Shown: positions 14,996 through 29,126 of the stretch, one piece after another | Layout: every line of letters begins with the position of its first letter | How positions within the stretch are numbered: position 1 is the first letter of the stretch | From: the human T2T-CHM13v2.0 reference genome, Homo sapiens | NCBI RefSeq assembly: GCF_009914755.1 | Contig: NC_060927.1 | Strand: one strand, 5' to 3' | Length of the DNA stretch: 64,000 nucleotides | Made by a program: the position numbers and the translations under genes | Notes under the pieces: generated by a model | What the model was told of the DNA's origin: nothing | Database searches by the model: none | Seen by the model: the letters and a program-made list of their open reading frames with translations, nothing else

Positions 14996-15969
14996 CTCTC
15001 CCAGATACCTTAAGCTAGTATATTTGGAAGTAATTTGGCTTTCAATTACTTAAGCCTCCTCTTAAAAGCTTTCCACTACTTAAAATGATAAAGAACTCTG
15101 TGAGGTTTTGCTCTGTGTCTTAAGTAAATTGGATGCTATTTTCTTTACTTCAGATAATTTTTGTCATCATATTTTAATAGGAATAAGACTACAAAACAAA
15201 AGGGAGGAAAGGCAAGAGGAATAGATGGACATATGGAGAGAGGGCAAGAGGAAGGCAGAAAGAGAGAGAAAACAGCTTTTTAATATAAAATTCAGATGCT
15301 TCATATGGATTTCCAGGACACTTGCAATAGTTGTTTATTCTGTTAGACAGAATGCCCCCACCTTGTTATTTTAAGATAATCCTGTCAAATGCAGTGGCTC
15401 TGTTGGATGTCACTGAAATTGCTATTCAGCTTGCTAGAATCCTTCATGTTTGCAAAGTACTTTATAATCTCCATTGTTTTTGCTTTTTGATGTGTAGCTT
15501 GGCATTTTTACTCTTGTTTTATAGCAGAGTAGTGGTGGTTAAACTTTCTCCCTACTGCCATCCCTTTTATATCATCATAGGGCCAGAATGGCCACTGAGG
15601 GGTCATGAAACAAACCTTGGGGCGGGGGGTGGGGGGGTGTTTCGTTTGGGCGCCACATAAAAGGTCTGGATACTCTGAAATGCTGCTTGGGACTCTCATT
15701 TCAATGATTTGTCACTTTTTCCTCCTTCTTTGTGTACAACCCTAATTTCTTACAATTTCTTCTTGTTTAGTCTTAGGGTCATGTCTCAGTATCCTCCTAA
15801 GAACACCATTAACAAAATAGATATTGCCATAGGGCTCTGATTGGAAAGGGAAACATTTTCTAAAGTTGTTAGAAATTTCTAGTGATAGTTTCTTAATACA
15901 AAAATCAATGTAAGGGCCAGAGCAAAACAGTATATATAGGTCAGATAAATCAGGTTGAAAAACTAGTGT

Positions 15970-16125
15970 TCATTCATGTAGTTATTCAATGAATCAAATA
16001 CCTTCTATGTGCCATGCACTGTTCAAGGCCTTCAGGTGATAAATAAGACACATTCCCTCTCTCGAGAGCTCACATTCCAGTCCAGAAGAAACAGATTTGT
16101 AAATAGATAAATTATTCTGTCACAA
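15970..16125 (-). mobile_element. L2 3' terminal fragment
   Basis: CATTCA...CCTTCTATGTGCCATGCACTGTTC...GAGCTCACATTCCAG. Confidence 0.6.
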
Positions 16126-16546
16126 GTAAACAATGAGTTACCATACATTCTGTCATCCACATTGTTTTTAACTGCACACTCTGAGGACAGACAGGGGTTT
16201 CAGATATTTGGACTTATTCAGATTTTCCATTTGCTCTGGTTAGATGTCTTGGGTCCTCTTTGCATGGAGCCACTGTCGGCTTTTGAGGCCAGAATTTTCT
16301 GTTGAGTTCTAACTTCTCTAGTTTAGGAACTAGTAGTGGATTTGTCAGAGTTTACCATACTAAAAAATAAAATTATTCACAGTTTCTAAAAAAAAACAAA
16401 ACACTATTTTAAGAGGAATGGAAGAGCATGCCTTTGAGGAGTGACCTACCAAAAGTTTTAGAATTCATAAATCAGGTTTCCACTGATAAAAGAAAATGGA
16501 CAATTTGGTAATAACCTGGCTTAACTGGGCAGTTGGCAGGGAGTGG

Positions 16547-16645
16547 ACTGGGATGGAATGGGGTTGGATATTTGTGTACTGGGGTAGGATGCGGTTAGCT
16601 ATTTCCGGCAGAGGGGAGACTGGGATGGGATGGGGTTGGGTATTT
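16547..16645 (+). repeat. Three diverged 27-bp G-rich units; the third contains a canonical G-quadruplex motif
   Basis: ACTGGGATGGAATGGGGTTGGATATTT / ACTGGGGTAGGATGCGGTTAGCTATTT / ACTGGGATGGGATGGGGTTGGGTATTT. Confidence 0.8.
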
Positions 16646-17317
16646 CAGGTTCTAACTGAAGTAAAGTTTCAGATGAAGAAGTCTAAATAAATGACACAGT
16701 TCTTTCATAAAATTTTTATCATGTGCTTTGTGACTGTGAAAAGCCTGTCATTAAGAGGGTACTTAAAACAGTAAAAAAATACATGAGCAGAGATTAGGTC
16801 AAATCATTAATCAAATTTGCTAACTCTGCCCAAGAAAACCCTGCAAATGGTATCACAGAAATATAAAGCAGAGATGGTCATTATCAAGTAGGGATACTTG
16901 ATATTAGTTCCTTTATAAAACAAAGGAAAAACTTATAGAGGAAATTTAGTGCTTTGGATGAATTTAAGTGGATAAAAGAAACCACTCAAACCCAGATCTT
17001 TCATCACTTAATAAAGAGATCTACTTGGGATGCTTTGTGAAAATATGTTCACTTATCATCTTGTCTCCATCATTTGGAAGGATGATGGTCAGTACCTGGG
17101 ATTAAAGTTTTGTCAGTGGGGACACTGACTGGGGGGTTTCTCGACCCCATTTACTGCACAGCTAAGAGGCGTAGGGTGTATATAAAAAGCAACATTTAGG
17201 ATTTACATGTTTGTAATTCTAAATTATATTACTTAAAATATTAGATATTACCATACTCTGAAGACAGTGTGAGCTCTAATTTGTTGGCCTATCCTAGAGA
17301 GTGGTCCAATTTCTGAG

Positions 17318-17420
17318 TGTATCAGTCAGGATTGGCTACGTTATGCTACTGTAACAGCAGTCTTCCAATCTCAAGAGTTTAGCACAAAAAATATTAGTCT
17401 CTGCCTCACTTTTGTCATGG
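17318..17420 (-). mobile_element. Old MLT1 LTR fragment
   Basis: TGTATCAGTCAGGATTGGCTACGTTATGCTACTGTAACA...AATCTCAAGAG terminus. Confidence 0.6.
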
Positions 17421-18041
17421 AGAAAAGAAGGTATAGTAGTTTTTCTGTGGGAGTCTTTCCAATCCTCTAAAGATAGTTAACATGCAAAAATAAAATTTAG
17501 CAGAATTGCAAAAATATGTTTTCATTTCAGCTTCCATTTTGGCAATCTTAGTGCTACATATAGGAAGGTACTTTTGGTTCTCCTCCAAAATAGAAGGCAC
17601 ATTCCTTTGACAAGCTTTTCCATTCTTGTACTTTAGCTGAATGAGGTTAGAAAATAGAAAACTGTTTTATTTATTGCATCTAATAATAATTAAAGAGGAT
17701 CTTGCAGCTTTTCTTGAAAAAAGTTAAAAATAAAGTTATGGGAGATTAAACTTCACAGAAGCAAAGCACATGACCATAAAAAAAAAAATGACTTGTTCCT
17801 AGTAGTACTCATCAGCTCAGAAATTGTTAAGTGTGATTTTTTATTACATTGTAATATTTAGAAACCCTTAATATTTTACTATATTGTAATATAGTGAATA
17901 ATTTGTCCTGGTGCAGTTGACATAAGTCATATAGCTTAATGTGCGTTAATTGAAATAAACTTGTTTGTACATCAGGTTGAAGATCTCATTCCCCACCCTC
18001 AAAATCTTTGTGAACTCTGCTGCAATGAGTCCAAGTTAATC

Positions 18042-18280
18042 CAGGATTTCCCAACCTTAGCACTATTGACATTTTGGGGAACATAATTCTTTGTTGCAGG
18101 GAGCTTCCTTGTACACTGTAAGATGGTTAGTAGCATACCTTGACTTTAGAAACTAGATACCAGGAATAACTCTGTCTCTTGGCCCCTGCTGGGACAACCA
18201 AAAATGTCTGCAAGTAGTGGTAAATTTATCCTTGATGGAAACTCCATCCTCTCCCCCACCCCCTCAAGTTTGAGAACCAG
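18042..18280 (-). mobile_element. MER20
   Basis: CAGGATTTCCCAACCTTAGCACTATTGACATTTTGG...GACAACCAAAAATGTCT...TTGAGAACCA. Confidence 0.85.
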
Positions 18281-18464
18281 GGATGGGTATGCAACTGGGT
18301 TGAAGGTATCCAAAATATAACCTATTAAATTTTATTTTTTGATGGGATTCTCATTGATAAAGAACAATTAGAATTTTTCATTATAGGTATAACAGGGTAG
18401 TTCTTTTTAAAATACATTTAATTTCCCAATTCCATGTAGCAATTGTTTGTAGTGAAGGAGATAT

Positions 18465-18580
18465 AATTCATAAAATATCACAGCTAGAAAGGACCTGATA
18501 ATTCATCTATTTTACCCCCCCCCCCTTTTTGACAAATGAGGAAATTGAGGCTCAGAGAGGTGATTTGCCCAGGAAGAGGC
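18465..18580 (-). mobile_element. MIR
   Basis: Core ACAAATGAGGAAATTGAGGCTCAGAGAGG. Confidence 0.75.
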
Positions 18581-19192
18581 AACCCATTGACATTGACAGC
18601 ACAAGATAATAAGTGCTGTCTTTCTAATGCACTTTGAAAGAATGTTTAGACCTAATGATTTTCTCTGCTGTGTAATTTTATGCTGATATAGTTTCTACAG
18701 AAACAGGACCATAGTGCATCAAAATAACCTAACACCATTCTTAAAGAGGCTCTGGAAAAAAAAAGAAAAAGAAAAAGAAATAGGGAAAACCAACGTGGTT
18801 TTCATCAAAAGTCTATTCTTGCAGCCACTTCATCTGGATCCAGTGACAGTGGTCACAGGGCTGCTGCTCCCTCCCACTGGGGTTTTGAATCCATCTGCCC
18901 CATGCAGGTTTTTTTTAAGCAAACAAAGATGTGGCATGGATTATTAATGCTACTTTTTATGAAGTGTTTAGCAGACACTATATTATTATGCATTTGCTGT
19001 GCACTTTAATGCTGTGAGCTGCAGTATTGTAATATTCACCTGAGAAAAAATGGGCCCCAAGACCCAACAGGAGGAAAAGAAGCAGAGAGTTGACCCTACA
19101 AGAGAAATAAATCTAACATCTTAGAGGTAAATATATGTTTGGTACATTCATATTAGAGATAATAACATAAAATCATAGAATTAAGAATTAGA

Positions 19193-19615
<423 letters not shown>

Positions 19616-20205
19616 TCATTATCCTTCTCTTGACAGCACTCTAGGAAGTCACCACATTGATTGGCATTGGCAAGTAAATCTATCTGTAATGTAGACACAC
19701 TTTCCACCTTATCAATAAAACTGGGCTTCATTTTTTAAAAGAGTACCCCAAATCATGCAACTAGTCATTAAAAGTATGAGGAACTATGGTTTGCTTTTTT
19801 TTTTTCTTTTTTTTTTTTAAACTCTCTAGCTGTTATTTTCGCAGGCCTTAACCATGCTGGGAGGTTATGCTGGCAATTCTTTATGACACAGATTGCTTTC
19901 CATGGAGAGGGCATATGACTGGGGAATCACCATGTGCCAAGTACCTGTCAGGGCAACAAACTGGAGAAATTTACGGTTGCATATGGAGTCAACTGGTTAG
20001 CCCCAGAGGATAGGGAATGGCCTTGTCCTAAGGAACCTGATGATCTGGCGTGACTCTGCAACAACCTTACTTTGATGAACAATGCTAATTTCCAAGTCTA
20101 TGGACTGCGCTACTAGGATTTCATAAATAGGATAGATGATTGAAAAATGTTCGGGGCTTCTCTCCTGATCATGTGGAGCCCTTTCTTTGAAAGAGACAGA
20201 TTTCT

Positions 20206-20815
20206 TATTAGGATTCTCCAGAGAAATAGAACTGATAGGATATATATATATATTTTATATATAATAGGATATATATATATAATTTATATATATATAGGAT
20301 TTATATATATATAAATCCTATATATATAAATTTATATAGGATTTATATATATATAATAGGATATATATAAAATATATATATATCCTATTATATAGTTGGT
20401 TCAAGCAGTTATAGAGGCTAAGTTTTCTAATCTGCTGGCTGCAAGCTGGAGACCCAGGAAAGGCAGTAGTGTAGTTCTAAGGCCTGAGAGCTGGAGAGCC
20501 AATGGTGAAAATTCCAGTCTATGTCTAAAAACCTAAGAATCAGAAGTGCTGAGAGCAAAAGATTGATATCCCAGCTCAAGCAATCAGGTAGAAAGGGACA
20601 GGGGTAAAGTACTCCTTCCTCTGCCTTTTTACTCTCTTCAGCCCCTTAAGATTGGAAGATGCCCACACACATTCGGGAGGGCTATCTAATTTACTAAGTC
20701 CATCAGTTCAAATGCTAAGCTCATTGAGAAACATCCCCACAGACACGCCTACAAACGAGGCTTAATCTGGGCACCCCATGGTGCAGTCAAATTGACACAA
20801 ATATCAACTATCACA
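20206..20815 (-). mobile_element. MLT2B (ERVL) solo LTR with an expanded (TA)n tract
   Basis: GGATTCTCCAGAGAAATAGAAC...GCAAGCTGGAGACCCAGGAA...CAGTCAAATTGACACAAATATCAACTATCACA. Confidence 0.9.
20235..20393. repeat. Interrupted (TA)n tract with nested inverted repeats
   Basis: TAGGAT and ATCCTA interruptions occur in both orientations; perfect 42-bp palindrome at 20287-20328. Confidence 0.95.
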
Positions 20816-21274
20816 GTTATCACATCTAATAGGGCAGGGAGTATTGCAAGGACATTCACAAGAAGTCAGATAACCAAGACTAAGAAAGTAGAGGAATCAG
20901 AGTGTGCTGGTTCCTTGGAAATGGTAGAGGCCTTGTCAGGAGTTTTCTGGAGTCTTTGTGCCCATGCCATGAAGCTCTCTCAGCACCAGTGCCTTTGCAT
21001 GGTTTCTTTGGTCTGTTTTGTCATCAATTGCCCCATTCTTTCTCTCTGTTCTGAAAACCATTCCTGTGCCACATTGTTTTACCTATTTACAGTTTCTCTT
21101 CCTTTATAAATCTAGACTGCCATAATTCCTCATAGCTCTTATTAATACGCTCTCTGTGTTTCATTTCATTTTCCTCTTTCGTTCTTAAGTACCTCATGCT
21201 CTCAGAATTTTCAGGTTCAAATTTTGAAGAAAGAGAATCTGATTGTCTTAGCTATCCTGTAATTTAAGAGTTAG

Positions 21275-21446
21275 TTTGCTCCCCTGACCAACAGCATCAA
21301 TATCATCCAGGAACTCATTAGGAATGCAAATTATTAGGTCCCACCCCGGACCTACTGAATCAGGAACTCTGGGGTGAGGCCCTAGCGATCTGATTTATCA
21401 AGGCTTCAGGTGATTGTAATGCACATTTAAGTTTGAGAACCACAGT
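21275..21446 (+). mobile_element. MER5A-family hAT MITE
   Basis: AATGCAAATTATTAGGTCCCACCCCGGACCTACTGAATCAG...AGTTTGAGAACCAC. Confidence 0.88.
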
Positions 21447-21744
21447 ATCCTAGGCCTATGCAATGGTGACTCATAGTGAAGTCCCCACCTCTGGTCCAGT
21501 GAACCATCGAGGTGGTATGGGGTTAGGTGGAGCAAAAAGAGAGAGCAGATAATGACATAATATAAAACATGGTCACCCAGGGCTGTCATTGGTGGCTATC
21601 GATGAAGCAGGAGTGAAGTTTGACATTTCTGGTATATCTTCTAATACAGCACATAATTTAGAAGTAAAATCCTATCTTAATTTTATCTCTGCTACTTGGA
21701 ATCTTTCTGACCATAGTCAAATCACTTTTCCTATGTAGCCTCAC

Positions 21745-22474
<730 letters not shown>

Positions 22475-23065
22475 CTCGCTTTATTTATAGGTAAAGGTAG
22501 ACAATGATACTCATGCTTGGGAATCTGTACAAATCAAATTATGAAGATAACTAATATTTAAATACACTTTGCAGCTTAAAGCACACTTACATGTTTTTCA
22601 ATTGGTCTCTGAGTTAAACATATATAAAAGTACTTGTAAACTTCAATCTGCTGTAGAACTTTATCTGTTATGGTTACTTTTTTTTTTTTCCAGGAAGGCT
22701 TGAGGAGGAAAGATGTTTCCTGTAGTCCAGACTGGCCTACACACGCAGTGACCATGGACTTGTCCTGTGAATCTTGTACTGTAGGAGCTGATCTTGTAAA
22801 GATAATTAGAATCTTGATTCTAATGCTTGGGGAAGCCTGAATCAAGGCAGTATATAATACCCAGTTATTTGAGTTTACTTAGGAACTGGTTTTTCTTTTG
22901 CAAAATGTACATTAACCACATGCAGTTTTCAGAGAACCTTGTGTACCTTGAAGTCATTACTTTGGGAACTTACCAAAATTTTATTCATGGTCTGATTTTA
23001 ATCTCCATAAATGAGTATCTCTATGCTCTGAGTTCCCAAGGTGTTTACTGCTGTCTCCCTTGGGT

Positions 23066-23393
<328 letters not shown>

Positions 23394-24479
23394 ACACAAA
23401 TCTTCTTAGTGGTGCTATTTTTTGAAAGCAGAGGGCTGTGCCCTTGATTCTTTCCATTATCTTCTATATAGTGCCTTGTACATAGAAAGTACTTAATATC
23501 CATGGGCAGATTTCTGCAATGGTGGGGTAAGATGTGGGAAGTGCCAAAGTGAGGGGTTCCAGCCCTCAATCCAAGCCATGAATTGCTGCTTAACAGTTGC
23601 TAGTGCCCTTGGAAAGTTCTGGTGTCAATGTGTCAAAGTTGGGACATTTAAAATTGGTTACTTCCAATGAGGCTTCTTGTTTTAGGGATTCTTGATGAAT
23701 GAATGAAAAGCCACCCCCTCTAATCTACTTGAATCCTAAAACCTGACCTTTTATCTTCTCTCAGTCTCTGTCACTTGTGTCTCATTGTGAACAAATAAAC
23801 CTATATTTTCACACTTGCCACTAAACATTCTCTTCACTCTTCTTATCTAAATGGAACCCTGGTTTTCCTTGGTGCTGCTTCTTGCCTCACAGCATTCTTC
23901 CATAGAAGCTGCTCCTTCTTTCCTGGCTCCTCACTGCCACCTTCACATCTTTCCACATTTAGGTAAACATTAAAGACTGCTTCAAAGTGCATCCTATCCT
24001 CCTAGCAGCCATTCTCTACCACACTAAAAGTCTTCTGTGCTAAGCAGACCTGTAACACTGGAACTGGTTCTAATCCTCGACCTCATCTCAAATCTTGACA
24101 TCTTCCTAGAAGCTTTCAGTGTCCCCATCCCCTGTCTTTCCTTTTTCCTATTTTGAAAGCCTCAAGCCAACACAGTCCATGATCACAGAATAAATGCTCA
24201 GTAATTTCTTATTGGGTCATATTGAAGGACTTTTTAAGGATAGTTTAGAATCCTACATGAGAAGAGTTTAAGAGTTCTCAAACAAGGCCATGGAATAGAC
24301 TGAATTCTAAAACAATGCCTTAGTCTATTGATTTGGGGCTAAGTCTGGGTCTTTTTCTGTACTGAGGATTATTTCTCAAGCTCCCATATTTACCCTTCTC
24401 ATTGTTCTGAGAGGAATTTTTCAGACAGATTCTGAAACTATTATTTTTTCTTATTAAATCTCAGACAAAAACATCATAA

Positions 24480-25405
24480 GAGTTCAAAATTAGAAAATGT
24501 TCCATATAATTGGAATGTCACCATAATTCCAATGATGACGTTGGCTGTTGTTTTGAGATACTTATTGTTTACCCATCATAGAAGTATGCTATTTATAAAT
24601 AGTTTTTTTCAATCAGTTTTTTCTTTATACCAAATGTCCTTTGGCATTCAATAAGGTTATGTAATTCTTCTTCCTTCATCTAATGATGTAATGCATTTTG
24701 TTGACAGATTTTCTAATATTAAACTTCTATTACATCTGTGGGATAGACTCTAGTTGGTCATAGAGGATAAAAAATTATTAATGTATTGATTCCATTTTAC
24801 TATAGTTTCTGCGTATGGATTTGTATTTTAATGTTAAAGAGATTCCATTTTAAACTATACTTTTTCAGAGAAACATCTTTTCAACTTTTTAAATATTGTT
24901 TTTAAAAATTTATGCTCATGATTTAAAAACGCAAACAGTACAGAAAGATACAAAATGAAAATTGAAACTTTTCCCATTTCAAGTATGCCCTAGCTCTACC
25001 CCCACCAATATAAAAACAACTTTTAATGAATCTTTCTAGAACTTTTTACACACACAAAAGGATATTAAATTATGTGTAATCCATTTAAAACCAATGAAGT
25101 CATTCATTTTATATATACTGTTATTTTTAATGAATATATTATAAAGATCTTTTTACTTTGCCAAAATGACTAAGAGGTGCATAATTCTCCTTGCACGACA
25201 TATCATCATTTATTTAACTAGTCTCTTATTGATGACCATTTGGGTTGTCCAGATTTTCAGTATTATAAATAAACTGTAACACATATCTTCACACACACAC
25301 ATCTGTGTATGTCTTATAGACAAAATTATTTGAATTGGGATTGCTAACTCTTAACATGATGGATATCCCCAAGTTGCTCTTCAAAGAAGTTGCACCAACT
25401 TGCAC
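24480..25405 (-). mobile_element. Old L1 (L1ME/L1M) fragments
   Basis: ORF2-like ATCTGTGGGATAGACTCTAGTTGGTCAT; 3'UTR-like TTATTGATGACCATTTGGGTTG...GAAGTTGCACCAACTTGCAC. Confidence 0.65.
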
Positions 25406-26324
25406 CAAGAAGCGATTTGTTCTTGACATAGAAAGCAAGTCCATGTTTGACATTGTTGGGTAATAGTCTTATTTAAGGTTGGGAGAGCTCAGATCCAGCC
25501 TCCATGAAGCTCCCTGGCTGGCACCTGGAAGGCCTGTCTTTAAAACTCTTCTTGGCTGCTTTCCCCTACAAGCTCTGTCTACCTTTTCTCTCCAGGATCA
25601 TAATGGAAAAAATTAGCATTCATTTCTACTAATCTTATGGAAGAACTCTACCTCTGAGAGCTTTTAATTTTAAAATTCTCCTTCACAACCTCAAATAAAT
25701 TTTGAGCTCTTTAACTTTTAGAGGGAAAAGCATTTCCGGAAAACATTAACGAAAAACTGGTAGCAAGAATTCACACTGAGTGCCCGTACAGTTGTGCTTT
25801 TAATAAACTCTAACGAAGTGCCCCCAAGTTGCTCTGAATTGCAGTCTCTTTTCTTGCTCCCCAGAGGACAGTGTCACCAGGCAGCCTTTACCCTGCTAAC
25901 TTCTGCCTGTTTTCCTGTCTCTGTTAACAATTAGGATGTTTCTTTTCTCTTTCACTTTGCCCCACCGTGCCCTCACTGCTCTGTTGACATGCTTTTTGTC
26001 TCCTCTTTTATCCTAGCCATTCCCTGTGGCTTTCTTTTATGAGTGAGACACAGCCAGCCTCTTCCCCTCCTGGTGAAATTTACCCAGGCCATGTGTCCAA
26101 CTGTTCAACCATGGATACAAGAGCTATGGCCAGGGCGTTTATAAAGTGAGTGAAGCATCTATCTATTTTTAACGTTAAACGTCGGATTTTTCCATTTTAG
26201 TCCTGCGGTGTCTCATTTCAGCTGTTATATTTTGCTTACATGTCTGTGTCAAGTTGGTCAGGTTTCTGGGGCTACCCAAGAAGCACAGTCATAACAGCTT
26301 CAGTAACTACTATCCATAGACTGC

Positions 26325-26585
26325 CATGGTGGGAGAGACAACATTAAACTCTGAGTCAGACAGTCCTGCTTTGAATCTCAGCTCTTTCTCTCATTAGCTT
26401 GTCATGTAACCTAACCTTATCTTCACCTCAGTTTCCTCATCACCACAATGGGAATAGTTATAGTATAGCTATCTCATAGCCTCATCAGAAGCATTATGTG
26501 AAAAAAAATGTATGGAAAGTGCTGAATAGTACCTTGTACACAGAGCTCAGAAATTCCAAAAGTGGCTGTTACTATTATTGTTGAT
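26325..26585 (+). mobile_element. MIR, near full length
   Basis: GAGTCAGACAGTCCTGCTTTGAATCTCAGCTC...CCTCAGTTTCCTCATC...TACTATTATT tail. Confidence 0.85.
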
Positions 26586-28038
26586 GATGTTATTTACAAA
26601 TGACTCTTTTTTATATTTTTAAAATTCTCACAAAATTCTCACAAATCTGAGACCATGAGGTACGTTAAATGACTGCCCAAGTCACTATATATCTTTCTCT
26701 TTTAAGTATAGTCTTTCATCTCTTCTCTCAAGTTTATGGATTTTATTGTTGAGATTAACATTTATAAATGGAAGTCTAATTGAAAAGAAATATGTATTTG
26801 TATGTGTGTGTATTTTTTTTTCAGTATACAAACTGCCTTCTCAAAGGGGATGAAATCACCCTTAGAGTCCTATTTCACACTGAAATTCCCGGAAAGTGAT
26901 TATAAATTGCCTATGTCAACAACCTGTGTATATTGACACAGAAATATTTTTTCATTTTCTTCTAGCTTCTCCTTACCATGAACTAGGTCGCTGTGTTGCT
27001 CTGTTTCCCAAGTATGGCATACCTATGCCTTCTCTAGTCTAACACTGATATTTCCTCCATCACTGTCTTCACTGATTTCTCCTTTGTGAATGTTTCAAAA
27101 TTAGAATACTGTCTCTCACACATTTAATTCAAACCCTAGACCAGAATAAAAAGTTATAAATTCTAATCAATCTCTTATAATCCCAAACTGGAACAAGCTT
27201 GGTCTATATTATTGAATAATATTTGCATGTGATTTATACAGAATGGCCCATCCATCTTCAATTTTTTTTTTGTGGAAAAGCTTAATTAGAACTTCTCTCC
27301 TTCCTTTCAGTTTTGATTTTCCCTCTTATTATTTTCATTATGCCCATCCTAGACTTTGCTCTTTTCAGAAGCTCCTAGCAGAATGAATTTCAAGAGATGC
27401 CTTGAACCATATAAAGTACATGCTTAAGATCTAGCTACTGTTTGTTGAGATATTGCTATATTCCAAATAGCGTACCACATTTCCTTTACCCTCACACCAA
27501 TACTGTGAAATAGTCATTTTTATGCTTTTTTTCTTTACAAATTAGAGAAAACTATGGGAGAGTAATGTTTAAGATAAGAAGAAAGAGGTAGGTACAATAA
27601 CTTTATTCAAAATACAAACCTCATTAGGGTTGAGCAGAAGTACAAAAATAAGTGGATCTTATTTTTATGTCATTTTTATGTCATAAAGGATGCACAGCAG
27701 TTTCACAGACAGGCTCAGGGGCACATTGCTATCCTTTCCTGTCTACTCCCAGTCTCAAGGGAGCCCTTTTTTTCTTCCCTGACCCTGATGATCTCTTCCT
27801 AGGGCTTTTGCGACAAAAGTGCTCCTATCCTTATGGAAGCACCTCAGACCAGTGTGAGAACTTGGTGGTTTAGAAATAAAATGGACAATATCAGCTAGAT
27901 GTAGGGCTGGATCAAGGTTCCAGAATAAAGAGGACATGACCAGGGCACCAAACCTGGCTTCAAAGGTTAAGTGATAATGGGAAAATACTACCTGGTAAGC
28001 TAATACAGCAAGACTTCCTAAGAGGGTTGAATATGAGC

Positions 28039-28110
28039 CACAATCAATGCAAAGTTGGAGAACACAATCAAAGCAAAGGTGGAGAACACAATCAAGGCAT
28101 AGATGGAGAA
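28039..28110. repeat. 24-bp tandem repeat x3 (CACAATCAANGCAWAGNTGGAGAA)
   Basis: CACAATCAATGCAAAGTTGGAGAA / CACAATCAAAGCAAAGGTGGAGAA / CACAATCAAGGCATAGATGGAGAA. Confidence 0.95.
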
Positions 28111-28311
28111 CAAGGGTAGGGATACTCAATAGGTCATGATGAATTACTTCAGCACATCTGGGGAGCTTGGGACCCCACCTGAAGTCATCGCATCTTGCCA
28201 CTGTGAGTTACCTCTGTTCTCCTTTTCCAGCTTTTTCACTAAGTCCTTCTAGGGAAAAGAATACCCACTGGACACTGACTTTTCCTTGTGTCATGTACCT
28301 TAGAGAGACAG

Positions 28312-28490
28312 GGATGGGAAGAGCATGGATGTTAGACTCCAACAGAACCGGGTTCCAGTCATATCACTTGCTTACAATACAACTCTGAAATATTTGCTTC
28401 TGTATTTTTAGCTTATTTTCCCTTTCAGCCAAATGAGGATAACATCTAGTCTAGTTACTGTGAGTACTGGAGCTAATATACTACATAATT
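28312..28490 (+). mobile_element. MIR, degenerate
   Basis: GGAAGAGCATGGATGTTAGACTCCAACAGAACCGGGTTCCAGTC...AAATGAGGATAAC. Confidence 0.6.
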
Positions 28491-29097
28491 ATCAACTGAT
28501 GAGTGTCAACTCTAGGTTAACATGGATGCAAAGATTAGACACAATGAAAAACTGAGATAAATGTAAAGGGATTACTCATCAATATGATACAGAAAGAAGT
28601 CAGCACATTCAGGAACAGAGAAGAGAGACTGACATCTCTCAATTCCAAGTAGAGCTATTTGTTTCTGGCTTACTGCTAGCATGGTGTCAGCAGTAGGCAT
28701 GCAGTTGAGGAGAACAAGTGAGAAAGGGTGAGCTAGATCTTGCTGCCTGCCTCCACGTCCAGTCTATGTACCCAAGACTTCAACAGTTCTGTACTTACAT
28801 TAATCAGGACTGGTGCCAGGCACCATTTCTCCAGACTCAGAATCATAAATTTTTTACCAATGGCCACAGAAAAGGGACGAGAACAGTGCCCTCAGGCACT
28901 ATTATAGCCATCACCTGTGGGCCTGAAGCTCTCCAGGCCTATTTCATGCACTTTCCTTAATGAGAGCTGCCAAACTGGAATAAGAGTCAATAACCCCCGT
29001 GCCTCTGGTGTCATCTCAATAGGCCCTTAGGCTCGGGGCCTGTTATACATTAATGTAGAGCACCTGTTACTGAGTAGTTTTAACATCATAGCAGTTA

Positions 29098-29126
29098 TCA
29101 TCATTGTCATCATCATCATCATCATC
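29098..29126. repeat. (TCA)n microsatellite
   Basis: TCATCATTGTCATCATCATCATCATCATC. Confidence 0.85.

Noticed and set aside
15590-15607. CTCF-like TGGCCACTGAGGGGTCA
   Set aside because: Mismatches at the core AG and terminal GC positions of the CTCF motif.
17872-17900. AT-rich hairpin TTTACTATATT-GT-AATATAGTGAA
   Set aside because: Only 8 perfect pairs in very AT-rich sequence; expected by chance.
19796-20000. Poly-T tract plus TTTTCGCAG acceptor as a plus-strand coding exon
   Set aside because: All three frames hit stops within about 25 codons and downstream donors are weak.
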